Positions 1 to 11,573 of a DNA stretch of 64,000 bases are shown here, in pieces. Source of the DNA: Azolla caroliniana (Eukaryota > Plantae > Polypodiophyta); contig JBHGNT010000021.1 in assembly GCA_043228905.1 (NCBI GenBank), positions 11,532,001 to 11,596,000 of the forward strand. Direction: 5' to 3'. Position numbers and translations under genes: made by a program. Within the stretch, counting starts at the first letter, position 1. Every line of letters starts with the position of its first letter. The notes beneath the pieces are model-generated. The model made no database searches. It was not told the DNA's origin and was given only the letters and a program-made list of their open reading frames with translations.

Positions 1-1620
1 TTGGCATACATTGTCGAGTTCATCTCGTGGGAGTCGAGGATTAAGATCCGACCTTCTCTCCGACAGCGAGCAATGAGTTGGCCGTCTGTTTCGATGAAGC
101 ATCCTCCATCATTGAAACGGACTTGTATGCCTTGTTTGACTATCTGGGCAACTGAGACCAAGTTCTTTGTTATTGTAGGAACATGCAGAACATTCTTGGT
201 GTAGGTTTGGTTGCCTTCTTCCCCAATAGGACATTGCCGACATGTTGAATGGGGTGAATTGTTTTATCCCCAGTTTCCACATACCCGGGTCATTTAGGCT
301 TTCGAAGGTCCTTAAACCAATCCTTGTGGGATATGATATGGTTGGATGCACCTAAGTCAACAAACCATACATCTTCTGGTTTGGAGGTTTTGGTCGGATT
401 GGAGGCTATCACTAAGTTCGCTCTGTACGTCATCACAAACTCTCCACCATGATTGTATTAGTTGGAGGTGGAGGTGTAGTTTGTGAGTTGTCGGCTTGTG
501 GAGGACGACTCACTCTTCCTTTTTCGACATTTTACCTCATAGTGTGTGAATTTACCATAGTATCTGCATTGGGCGGGATTGTTTTGTCGGCTGAGTCTGA
601 CCTGATTGCTCCCCCTTCCTCCAAAAGCTCCCCCTAGCGCGTTCAACACACCTTGTCGGTAATAGAAAGTATGTTCTCTAGGTTGCTCTTGGTTGTGTCA
701 GCCTTGGCCGAATCAGCCTCTTCTTCCCTACCCTCCTTGTCCTCTTCCTCCCTCGAAGTTCGAATAGAGAATTTTTCCCTCTTGCGCATTGCTTATTGTT
801 CGAACATGATTCTCCTCAACTAGCAGCATCGACTAGAGATCAAAGGAGGGAGGATTCTCCCTCGTGAGGACTGTCAACTGAATGGCTCTGAACTGAGGTG
901 CTAAGCCTCCCAGACAAATCAGTACCATTTCATTGTCATGAATGCTAACATTGATCGACCCGAGGGCATCGCACAACTCCTTGATCTTCAAGGTGTTGCT
1001 AGGTGTAGCTACCAATTGACATGTCCCTCTATTGTATACCGTTCAACTCTTGACGGAGTTGACGTTTTCTAGCGGTCATGTCGGGAGAGAAAATATTCTT
1101 GATGTTCCCCCACGTCTCCTTCAGCGTTTTGGCCTCTTGGATGTAGCCGAGCATGTGATCATGGACGCATGATGCTAGGCAATACAACTCACAACTTGCC
1201 GCTTGCTCCCAAGCTGGGTAGTCGACATGTGTTGGGTTGAATTGATTTTTGTTTGCTCTTTCAACATAACTCCAATAACCTTGCTCGACAAGATATTGGT
1301 GCATATTGTACTCCCAAGATGCAAAGTTGTTTTCGTTGAGCTTCTCGGTGTGAACAACACTTTCCATCTGAGTGTTCATTGTCGAACTTTTTCTGTTTGA
1401 TACGAACTGTGCAGATTACTGCTACAACGATCAACCAGTTCATTCCGAACATGGGATTAAGCACATCACACGCAGAGGCGGCGCACTCTAATGTCATGTA
1501 AAGAATTAGATGGATTCTGTGTAGCGGAAAAACTGTGTGTGTGTGTGTGTGTGTGTAGAGAGAGAGAGAGGAAGAGAGAGAACTCATTATTACAAAAGAT
1601 TGTATTAACAAAGAGACAAG
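1..1620 (-). mobile_element. Degraded Ty1/copia 5' part (LTR remnant, degenerate PBS, gag, protease)
   Basis: ORF 1029-1379 EKLNENNFASWEY (copia gag N-terminus); VLICLGGL at 833-1015; protease-region remnants at 1-370; degenerate TGGTATCAGAG-like PBS near 1485-1496; (TG)n(AG)n tract at 1533-1580. Confidence 0.85.
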
Positions 1621-3720
1621 AATGATGAATAAATCCAGTCGGATATATGGGGACCGACACAGAAAGTGAGGATAAGTGGAATACTATGTAACCTTCATCG
1701 ATGACTATGCTTGACACACTTGGGCATGCTTGATCGAGAAGAAAAGGGAAGTCTTCTCCTACTTCTTGAAGGTGAAAAGCCTTGACGAATGGGAGACCGA
1801 TCGAAAGATCAAGTGCCTAAGGTCTAATGGCGGAAAAGAGTACTTTTTTTACCAGTTCTCGTGGAAGTCGTTACTATGTAACCTTCATCGATGACTATGC
1901 TTGACACACTTGGGCATGCTTGATCGAGAAGAAAAAGGAAGTCTTCTCCTACTTCTTGAAGGTGAAAAGCCTTGACGAATGGGAGACCGATCAAAAGATC
2001 AAGTGCCTAAGGTCTGATGGCGGAAAAGAGTACTTTTTTGACCAATTCTCTACAGAAGGAGGAATTCGACACGAATTCTTTTGCAGATATACACTAGAGT
2101 AGAACGATGTGGCCGGGCAGAAAAATCGGACAATTGAAGAGGCGACTAGGGAAATGCTTGAGGAGAAGCACATGCAGAAGTTTTATTGGGCCGAAGTGGT
2201 CTGAACAACCGTATACTTGTAGAATTAGACTTCTGCAAATGGAGGATTGTCACCAAATGAGTTGTATTTCTAGAAGAAGCCAAACTTGGCACACTTGAGG
2301 GTATTCGGTAGCATCGCGTATGTGCATGTGCCGAAGGAAAAGCAGAGGAAGTTAGACACGAAAGACGAGAAGTGTATGTTGGTCGGCTACTCAAATAAGC
2401 AAAAGGGTTATAAATGCTATAACCCCCGAACAAAAGAGGTTCGAGTAGGCCGAGATGTCATTTTTGATGAATCGGCTTTGGGCTTACTTGCCTTCATCTC
2501 CAACCCCCCTCCACTCCATTATGAATTCTGAGGATGAGGCCAGTGAGGCTGAGATGCCCCTGGAGGAAGAGGAAATTGGAGCTCTAGAAGAGAGTCCGAT
2601 CTCATTTCAGTTAAGTGGGCTGAATGAGAGACAGAATTGGAACGACCAGTCAGATGATGAGCCGATGAGCCAGTTGTGCAATCCCCGCAATAGAAACCGA
2701 GGAGACGGTTTACGCGCAAGGAGAAAGGGAATATGAAGATGCCGGAATACAACATCGAGGCTGAAACATCGTATCGAAGTGAATCTGACGTGGCCAGGAG
2801 CAAGGAGGGACCTCCGAAAACAAGGTTGAAGGTGGTCGAGAGGTCCATGAAATCGGCGAACCAGTAGTTGCGCCGATCCACCTACCAGAAGACCCCCATA
2901 ATTCGGTACAGTTACAATGAGTATATGGCGCATCATGAGCTAAAGAGCTATGCCGAAATGGAGTGCAAATTCATCTCAACCTCTCTGGACAAAAAAGTTA
3001 AGCTTCGCTAAAGTTCGGGAATGGCGTGTGACCCAACACGGTTCCAAAAGATTGTTGGTAACCTCATTTATTTGACGATCACTTAACCAGACTAAGTTAT
3101 CTGATCGGCTTGATTAGTCAATTCATGTCACAGCCAAAGGCCAAACACCTTCAGTGTGCACAAAGGATATTGCGATATGTCAGCGGCATTAAGGATAGGG
3201 CGTTGCTGTATCGGGCAGGAGTAGCTAAGGAGTTAGTCGGCTACACGGATGCCAATTGGGCTGGAATTGCCAGCGATCGCAGGTCAACATTTGGATTCAC
3301 GTTTTCATCAGGAAGCGTTGTGATCGCCTGGAGCAGCAAGAAGCAGTCGATAGTCGCACTATCGAGTGCTGAGGTCAAGTATCGAGGGGTGGCTGCCACC
3401 ACGTGCGAAGCCATTTCGCTCAGAAGGACGTTGAAGGATCTGCATATAGAGGTGTCCGAGTCAATAGTTATATCCTGCGACAACCTCAACAGCATCCAAT
3501 TGGCGAAGAACCCCGTCTTCCACGCTCGGACAAAGCACATCGAAGTGCACTATCATTTCTTCTACGAGCGAGTCCTCTTTGGTGAAGTCGAACTTGTGTA
3601 TGTTTCGACTGATCGGAAGGTTACCAATATGTTCACCAAACCTCTTGGCCTGGACAAGTTGTGACATTTTTCGACTGTGGTTGGCTTACAACATCTGGAC
3701 ATGTTGAACTTGAGGGGAGG
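1620..3720 (+). mobile_element. Degraded, internally deleted Ty1/copia pol (integrase, RT remnant, RNase H)
   Basis: IKCLRSDGGKEY and HLRVFGSIAYVHVP..KLD..GYKCYNP (integrase); GYTDANWAG..DRRST and PVFHARTKHIEVHYHF (RNase H, ORF 3110-3664); PPT-like TTGAGGGGAG at ~3710. Confidence 0.92.
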
Positions 3721-4013
3721 AGTGAAGCAGAAAAGAAGAGAGACAAAGTATGAAAAGCTGAATTAGATGCAAAATTCAATTTCAGCACGACTGAAGAAGT
3801 TGGAACGTCTAGATCAGTTGAACAAGCCTATATTCCTAATATAGTAAATAGGAATATTATACGCAGAACTTGTGTCAAGCTCGTTTATGAGCATTCAAGA
3901 ACTGATGGTACTTGTGTCAGCCCACTCATCCGGGCTTGTATATAAAGTGCACTTTGAGCACTGTTATATGTACTAAGTCTATTTGTAATCGAAATATTGT
4001 TGTCTGCTCCACT

Positions 4014-4016
<3 letters not shown>

Positions 4017-4112
<96 letters not shown>

Positions 4113-4397
4113 ATATTCTCTGTGTTTACGTAACTGTCATGTTTCCGAATAATCGACTGTGTACTTGGTGTCTTTCGCACACGCTTCCACACACGCAACC
4201 TTTTTGAAGCTCGCCCTGAGCCTTTAGCGAAGTGTGATTGGTGACGCCTATCTACGTCTCCTTTGCTTGATCCAGCTTTATTAGAGCGATTTGTCAGTAC
4301 TTGACAGCCCTCTGTTAGGGCTTGTATAAAAAGTGCTCTCTAAGCACATTTTGTATACGGAGAGTTTCGTAATAGAATTTTGTGTTGTTGTCTACTT

Positions 4398-4454
<57 letters not shown>
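4017..4454. repeat. Two (CT)n microsatellites inside duplicated copia LTR remnants
   Basis: (CT)n at ~4017-4108 and ~4400-4454, each followed by the same LTR-plus-inverted-gag segment (4110-4290 resembles 4455-4640). Confidence 0.85.
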
Positions 4455-4458
<4 letters not shown>

Positions 4459-4539
4459 TCTCCGTGTTTACCTAATTGTCGCGTTTCCGAATAATCGACT
4501 ATGTACTTGGTTTCTTTCGCACACGCTTCCACACACGTA

Positions 4540-5700
4540 ACCTTTTTCAGGCTCGCCCTGAGCCTTCGGCGAAGTGTGATCGATAACGCCTATTTGCATC
4601 TCCTCTGCTCGATCCGACTTTGTTAGAGCGCTTTTTCCAACACTCGCTCTCTTTGTGACCCTTCCTAGCTATAGTACTAGGAGTTCGTCGCGGCTTTTGA
4701 CTCCCCCTGCTTGTAGAGGGTCTGGAACTACTATCGGCGCCACCTCTATGCCTTCTTACGTCAACCCTCCGAGGCAAACCTGCACCATTTTGTCCTCTTC
4801 CACTATCATGTTCATGGAGTTGAGCAAGTCACAGATCTCCTTGATCTTGGAGGCGTAATCAGCCACTGACATATCTCTTAGACGTTGATCAACTCCTATC
4901 TAAGTTGTTGCTTTTTGGCTGTGGTGCTTGCGGCAAAAATCTTCTTCAGATTTCCTCAAACATCCTTCGGCGTTTTGGAGTCTTGGATGTAGCTCAATAA
5001 TTGATCGCTCACACACGATACAAAGCAGTAAAGAACTCTGTTTGTTGCATATTCCTAGGCCGAGAAATCTCTGTGTGTCAAATCTAGTGCTGCTTCATTC
5101 GCTCCTTCCACATAACTCTAGTATCCTTGCCCGAGCAAGTACTGGTGCATCTTGTAGGACCAAGATGCGTAGTTGCTCCTATCAAATTTTTCAGTAGGAA
5201 GTGAGCTTCCCATACATTTGTCCATGTTCCTGTCTTGTCTTTTTTGGAAGATGAAAACTTATCTTTGTCTTTTTCATTTTGTTGACAATAGAGGATTTTT
5301 CTAACCCTCATGCTTTGATACCATGTAAATGAATATGTGTGGAAGCGTATGTGACACAGTACAATCGGTTATCGGGAAAGTATAACAGTTAGGTATATGA
5401 GAGAATAGAGATACACAATGAGAGAGAGAGAGAGACTGAGCAGAGCAAATGGAAAAAAAAACTTTCATCAAAATACTCAGTACTCAGCATATACAATGTG
5501 CTCAGTGAGCACTTTTTTTACAAGTCCTCAAAAGGACTGATAGAAGTCAATGCACACTAACATCCTATATTACGCCTATTTCCTAGAATAGGTCTAATCG
5601 GCACGTGTGACATTCCGGAACGACTTCCACAGCCGCTCCGTCATCCAAATCTAACATCTGGTCCGTCATCCGGATTCGGTATCCGGTCCAGAAACTTGGC
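4540..5700 (-). mobile_element. Degraded copia 5' end (LTR, tRNA-iMet PBS, gag)
   Basis: PBS TGGTATCAAAGC on the minus strand at 5312-5323, next to LTR end TACA; zinc-knuckle remnant KGHKESECW at ~4640-4670. Confidence 0.75.
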
Positions 5701-6013
5701 TATTTGCACAACTCATCAATAGATCCTCATAGTCTTCAATATTCTTCATCGAGCTGATTGGAGATGTCCCTTTAAGCCACGTCAGCCAGAGAGGAATCAT
5801 GAGAAACATCTTGCACTTGCTTACGATCAACAAGAATTTGGTGTCACTCTGACAAATCGTCAATCAAGGGCTGCAAGTGCAATTCACTCATCACGGATGC
5901 TTCATCAAGGATGAAGGCCAAATTATTGCGTGAGGATGTTTATCCTTGACACCCATGATGTTGGCACCGCTATGTTTGCGAAAGGAAAACAGGTTGAATA
6001 GGACATTGACCTG

Positions 6014-7360
6014 TGTTGGAACCAACCGTCAGGGAAGCAACTTATTTAGAGACAAGATCAAAAGTGAAGATTTTAAGAGTAAAAGCAACTTAATTAGAGA
6101 CAAGATCAAAAGAGAAGGCAAGGAGAAGAGAGACACCAAAGAAAGTAGGCACAACGCAATGTAACTAACTGTATTACTATGCTCAACGTTATAGTGGCAC
6201 AGTACATAATAAACTACAACAACTAGGTTACAAGGGTCAGATTAAATACCAACTAACTTAGGGCAACTGACCTTTCCACTATTTACATAAATAACCTAGA
6301 ACCTAGTATGTCCAAATAGGATAGTGTGAATACGTCCATTATTTCTCGTATTCGACACTCCCCCATAATGGGCTTATACAACAAACATTTGTAAAACAGT
6401 AAATACAAATTTATACAAAGGATTGTCGAACAAGTTGGCTTTTGTTTGAATCGGCAACATCCGGGAACAAAATACCAGGTCCGAAAGTGAATCCCAATCA
6501 GAGAGTCTTAAAATTGAGTCGGTTATGCCGATTGCCAATTGTTCGAAACCATCCTAAATGTTTGACTCAATCAAACTGATTCTTTGTTATGTTCATCTGG
6601 TGCCGAAGGGATCAGAATTGATCCGTCGGAAGACACATGGTCACTCCATCTACGACATTATCGGCTTTAGATATCTTCTCGAGGCCGATTTTCCCTTAAA
6701 TGACGTAGTCTCGAATGAAGTGATATCTCACGTCAATATGCTTCAAGGTGTTTTGCTGGAGTGGATTTCTCTACAAAATGGCAACACCATGACTGTCACT
6801 ATAGACAACTGGAGCCGAGTCGAAGTTGGCTTGTCAAAACGTGTGTGCCAGCTGACCAGACTATAAGGCCTCTTTCACTGCCTCAAACGTGGACACATAT
6901 TCGGCCTTGGTCGTTGAAGTAGTAGTGCACTCCTAAAGTTTCAACTTCCATGAGATTGCTCCATTGATGAATTTAAAGTAGTATCTGGTTGTCGATTTTG
7001 GATTGTCCACACATCCGACATAGTCCAAGTTAGTATAACCGACTACTCTTGAAGTTTTGGGCTGAACAGGATGTCGTAGTCTTTTGTGCCCATGAGGTAT
7101 CTAAACACATGCTTTACTGCATTCCAATGTGATCGGCCAGGATTATGCATGAATCTATTGATGAATCCTTCAACATGAGCAATGTCATGCCGTGTCATGA
7201 CCATCACGTACATCAAGGAGCTAACTATCGGTGCATATGGTATTGACTTCATATCTTCCCCCTTCAGACCAAATGTCGAGCATCTCAATGAGACAATCAA
7301 AGGTTAATGGGGAGCAGGGTTGAGGTAGATTTTGGTTGATCGCATGTTAAAGCCTTCCAA
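6014..7360 (-). mobile_element. Degraded copia 3' end (RT/RNase H remnant, PPT, 3' LTR 6014-6357)
   Basis: ORF 7043-7300 IPYAPIVSSLMYVMVMTRHDIA..HWNAVK; PPT GGGGGAG at 6358-6364; LTR bounded by TGTTG..CGACA. Confidence 0.75.
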
Positions 7361-7540
7361 GACACGTCTTCTTCGGTTCAGGCTAACTCTGTTGTGGCTA
7401 TTGTTCAGGTTGGGCTACCGAAGTCAGCTCCGGCCGTTGCTGCTATGCAACTTCAGGTTCAGGTTTTGGAGTTGGGATCCACTCTAGTTAGTATTTGTTG
7501 GGTTTTGGGTGGTGTATGGTGATTTGGTTTCGGTTCCTGC

Positions 7541-7973
7541 TGTTAGGAATAGTACTAAAACAGAGATGGAATTAGTACTAAGAACAACAGTACTATTAGT
7601 ACTAAGAGGACGGGACTGCGTAAGATTCCCGAGAGGGGAAGTGAGAAGAGGAGAGAGAGAGAGATAACGAGAATGAAAGAGATGATGACAGCGGTTATAT
7701 ATATTATGTGAAAAGATAAGTACAAGCGGCTAAGAGGCTTAAGACTGGTGTTGAACCAATTTGGTTCAAAACAATGCCTTGTGCCTCCTTTTATAGTGTT
7801 TTTAGGAATAATCCTGAAACTTCTAGAATGTTCCAGAGAGATCTGGAATATACATCAATTTTCTATGATAAAATATAAATGAAAATAATATCCTACAAAA
7901 TACAATTCATAATCTAATGGTAAGAGCTCGACCCATGTAGCATAAAGTCATGGGTTCGAGTCTTGCCATGACA
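7541..7973 (-). repeat. 3' LTR of element A
   Basis: Direct repeat of 12783-13215; adjacent to the PPT. Confidence 0.98.
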
Positions 7974-7984
7974 CTATCTCCCCC

Positions 7985-10900
7985 TTAAAGACGACGAGTG
8001 GAACGAGTCGGCGCTAATTGCGGACCGGGTTTGTCCGGATACTTTCGGTGGAAATCAGCAAGAAGATCTTGTGCATTGGCAACATGCTCGACGGGTTCCC
8101 AAGTACGTTCGCTCGGACTATAACCGAGCCAATCGACCAAGTAATAAAGTTTGTTGCGAACAAGTTTGGAATCGAGGATGGCAGCAACTTCATACTCCGG
8201 GCCGGCGTCCAACTCCAGCGGGGGCGGCGGTGGTGTCACACGATCGGGAATGGTGTTTGCTTTATAAGGTTCAAGAAGAGAACAATGGAAAACCGGATGT
8301 ATCTGAAGCTGCGGAGGGAGATCCAGGCGGAAGGTGACATCATTAATCTTCCCCGTAATGCGGAAAGGACCGAGTCGTCGATAATCCAACTTGTCGCACG
8401 GTCGAGTAGTCTTGATGTGACGACGTAAGAGCCATACTCGATCTCCGATGGCAAAAGAGGAGGGAATCCGATGACGATCCGCATAAGTCTTCTGTGTGTG
8501 TTGAGCATGACGAAGGTGAGTAGAGAGATCCATCTGGATCTTGCGTAGCCTCTCCAAATGGTCCTCAGCACAAGGGTTGGTAGGTAGCTCCGGAGTGTCG
8601 ATCACCGACCAGCGAGGATGGAAACCGGTATAAGCGAGAAATGGGGAGACCCGAGTCGAGGAGTGAATAGCATTATTATACGCAAACTCCGCAAAGTGGA
8701 GAATCTCAGCCCAATCGTCCTGTTGATAACTCAGGAAACACCGGAGATATTGCTCCAACGTTTGGTTTGTTCGTTCTGCATGTCCGTCAGTTTGAGGATG
8801 GTAGCCGGAGGAGAGGTTGCAAGAGACCTTGAGCATCCTGAAGAGATGCTGCCAAAATTTGGAGACAAATTGCGGGCCTCGGTCACTGATAATACTGTCT
8901 GGTAGGCCATGATGCCGAAATACCTCACGCATAACAAGAGCGGCGGTTTCCTCGCTAGTGATGGCTTTAGTACATGGCACAAAATGTGCCATCTTCGTAT
9001 ATCGATCGACGACGGTTAGGATAGCATCGAACCCCTTCGAGACCGGCAGATCTGTGATAAAATCAAGACAAATAGACTGCCATGGCTTACTTGGAATTGG
9101 TAAAGGTTCCAACAAGCCATATGGATGGTGTCGTGGCATCTTTGCTCGGCAGCAAGCATCACAGGTCCGAACGTAGTCGTCAACAAAACGGCGCATGTGG
9201 GGCCACCAAAAAGATCGTTGCACTAACTCCAACGTCTTGGTACTACCGAAATGTCCCGCCGTATGGGTGTCGTGACAATGTTGGACGATTTGAAGGCGAC
9301 AAGAGCAATCGGGGACATATACGCGCTTTTTAAAGAATAACAAACCATCATGATATTCGAATTGTCGGTAGTCAATACCTGGTTGTTGAGACTGAGAACA
9401 GGATGCCCGAGAAGTATCAATGTGCGCCAGGATGTCTTGAGCAAAACTATCCGTCTTCAAGGTTGCACGTATGTCATCGGTAATCCGTGAATCCATCGGG
9501 GTGTGAAAAATCCGCGTCGTGTGCAATCGTGTTGGTCCCAAGATTACTTGCTTTTGATTATCAAATGTTGCGTCACCAGGACGAGGTGCAAGATATGAAC
9601 GCCGTGATAGTGCATCTGCTTTTCCTTGCTGCTTCCCCGGTCGATATGTGATTTCGAAGTTGAAACGCGTGAGGAATTGCGCCCACCGAGCTTGTCGTCG
9701 ATTTAGTACGCGAGCGTTCTGAAAATAAGCAAGATTTTTATGATCGCTAAAGACAATGACCTGATGTGGAGAGCCCTCTAAGAAATGCCGCCATTGTACA
9801 AATGAATCCACGATGGCTAATAACTCCTTGTCATGTATTTCGTAGTTGATTTCTGCGACATTGAATTTGCGCGAATGGAAAGCCACCGGATGCAACTCTT
9901 CTTTATCGCCTTGTTGAGAAAGGATGCTACCGAGGGCGAAATCTGATGCGTCGGCCTCCATGATGAATGGTTTGCTTGTATCCACATGAGCTAGAATCGG
10001 TGCTGATGTAAAGGCTTTCTTAAGATGCCGAAAAGCCATATCTGCTTCGATGGACCAAAGGAATGCTTGGCCCTTTTTCGTAAGTTGTGTGAGAGGTAAA
10101 ATAATCTTCGAGTAATCCTGTATAAACTTACGGTAGAAGTTAGCAAAGCCTAGAAAACATTGTACATCTCGTACCGACCGTGGAATTTGCCACTCTAGTA
10201 CAGTTTGGATTTTAGCTGGATCCATGGCGATGCCCTTTGAGGAGATGACGTAGCCTAGAAATTCCACTTGCTTGCAGTCAAAGCTACATTTCTCTAGCTT
10301 GGCATAAAGACCATTCTCGCGGAGTCGCTTTAGTACTAATAGTACATGAGAATCGTGCTCTTCCTGGGTCTTCGAATAAATCAACAAATCATCCAGATAA
10401 ATGATCAAACAGATATCCAAGAGGTCTCTGAATATATCATTTGCCATGTGTTGGAAGACTGCGGGTGCATTGGTTAGGCCAAACGGCATAACAGTATACT
10501 CGAAATGCCCATACTGCGTGCGAAAAGCGGTCTTCCACTCATCTCCCGGTCGGATCCGCACGAGATTATACGCTCCTCGTAGGTCGATTTTAGTAAAAAA
10601 CTTGGCACCATTAACTCGCTCTAAAAGACTTGATATAAGAGGAAGTGCATACCTATTCCGGATGGTGACTTTATTCAATCTGCGGTAATCAACGACAAGA
10701 CGAAGTGAGCCATCTTTCTTCTTGACAAAAAAGATGGGTGCACCGGCCGGAGATTTTGAATGACGGATGAACCCGCTTGCCAAGTTCTCCTCTATGTAGG
10801 CTCGAAGGACTTCTAACTCGGTGGGTGACAAGTTGTAAATTGGTCCCCATGGTGGCTCGGTTCCTGGTTGTAAATCGATGGGACAGTCATAGGGACGGTG

Positions 10901-11569
10901 ATGAGGAAGGGTACCGGCTTTTACCTTGTCAAATACATCGGCATAAGGATGATATTTTGCCGGAAGTTGTATTGAGGAGTCCTTCTTAATAGTGCTAGAA
11001 GGATGTACTGATATGGCAAATAGGAACATTGCCTCCTTGGGTCCTTCTTCGCGTAGTTGATGGAGTGAAATGGTCGAAACTCGGTGAGTTGATTCTTGGG
11101 GTGGTCGATATCGGACTTCTCTTGTTCTCCAATCTATGGCTGGATTATGTAATTCAAGCCAAGGTAATCCTAGGACAATGGGATGCTCTGGACTACTAAT
11201 TATATTAAATGATATTATACACACAAAACTACCTAGGACAACTTGAATGGGTTCTGATTCTTCTACAATATTCCCGGAAGCAATGGAACGACCATCAATG
11301 ACCACTACAGATGCGGGACAAGGAAGTTTTCTTAAGGATATCTGAGAAGCTTGGGCAAAATTTCGATCCATGAAACAGGAATTAGCTCCGGAATCTAAAA
11401 GTGCTAGGACGGGTACTGGGGGAGTACTTTTAGTACTAACAATGACTTGGGCTAGGAACACATTGCTAACTTGCTTGGAAGGAATGGAACCACTAATGGG
11501 CTGTACAGATCTAGGGCTGTTGTCCAACCAAATGGCTCCTATTTTGGCTGGACTCAATCGTTTAACTCT
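7985..11569 (-). CDS. pol: Gypsy Pol polyprotein (protease, RT, RNase H, integrase, chromodomain)
   Basis: LLDSGA; IIYLDDLLIYS; EADASDFA; H..H..CDAC; LDFITDLP/SDRGPQF/AERTNQ; YEVAAILDSK..YYLVDWLGY..TWEP. Frame is open from 11569 with no proximal ATG, so frameshift expression is expected. Confidence 0.97.
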   Translation of the reverse strand, partial: RVKRLSPAKIGAIWLDNSPRSVQPISGSIPSKQVSNVFLAQVIVSTKSTPPVPVLALLDSGANSCFMDRNFAQASQISLRKLPCPASVVVIDGRSIASGNIVEESEPIQVVLGSFVCIISFNIISSPEHPIVLGLPWLELHNPAIDWRTREVRYRPPQESTHRVSTISLHQLREEGPKEAMFLFAISVHPSSTIKKDSSIQLPAKYHPYADVFDKVKAGTLPHHRPYDCPIDLQPGTEPPWGPIYNLSPTELEVLRAYIEENLASGFIRHSKSPAGAPIFFVKKKDGSLRLVVDYRRLNKVTIRNRYALPLISSLLERVNGAKFFTKIDLRGAYNLVRIRPGDEWKTAFRTQYGHFEYTVMPFGLTNAPAVFQHMANDIFRDLLDICLIIYLDDLLIYSKTQEEHDSHVLLVLKRLRENGLYAKLEKCSFDCKQVEFLGYVISSKGIAMDPAKIQTVLEWQIPRSVRDVQCFLGFANFYRKFIQDYSKIILPLTQLTKKGQAFLWSIEADMAFRHLKKAFTSAPILAHVDTSKPFIMEADASDFALGSILSQQGDKEELHPVAFHSRKFNVAEINYEIHDKELLAIVDSFVQWRHFLEGSPHQVIVFSDHKNLAYFQNARVLNRRQARWAQFLTRFNFEITYRPGKQQGKADALSRRSYLAPRPGDATFDNQKQVILGPTRLHTTRIFHTPMDSRITDDIRATLKTDSFAQDILAHIDTSRASCSQSQQPGIDYRQFEYHDGLLFFKKRVYVPDCSCRLQIVQHCHDTHTAGHFGSTKTLELVQRSFWWPHMRRFVDDYVRTCDACCRAKMPRHHPYGLLEPLPIPSKPWQSICLDFITDLPVSKGFDAILTVVDRYTKMAHFVPCTKAITSEETAALVMREVFRHHGLPDSIISDRGPQFVSKFWQHLFRMLKVSCNLSSGYHPQTDGHAERTNQTLEQYLRCFLSYQQDDWAEILHFAEFAYNNAIHSSTRVSPFLAYTGFHPRWSVIDTPELPTNPCAEDHLERLRKIQMDLSTHLRHAQHTQKTYADRHRIPSSFAIGDRVWLLRRHIKTTRPCDKLDYRRLGPFRITGKINDVTFRLDLPPQLQIHPVFHCSLLEPYKANTIPDRVTPPPPPLELDAGPEYEVAAILDSKLVRNKLYYLVDWLGYSPSERTWEPVEHVANAQDLLADFHRKYPDKPGPQLAPTRSTRRL

Positions 11570-11573
11570 TCAT

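Noticed and set aside
3912-4198. SL/ER-repeat ORFs
   Set aside because: Translations of a (CT)n microsatellite.
7903-7973. Genuine tRNA gene in the element A LTR
   Set aside because: No convincing acceptor or anticodon stems; it folds better as a simple hairpin (CTCGACCCATG/CATGGGTTCGAG). Reported only as a tRNA-like promoter module.
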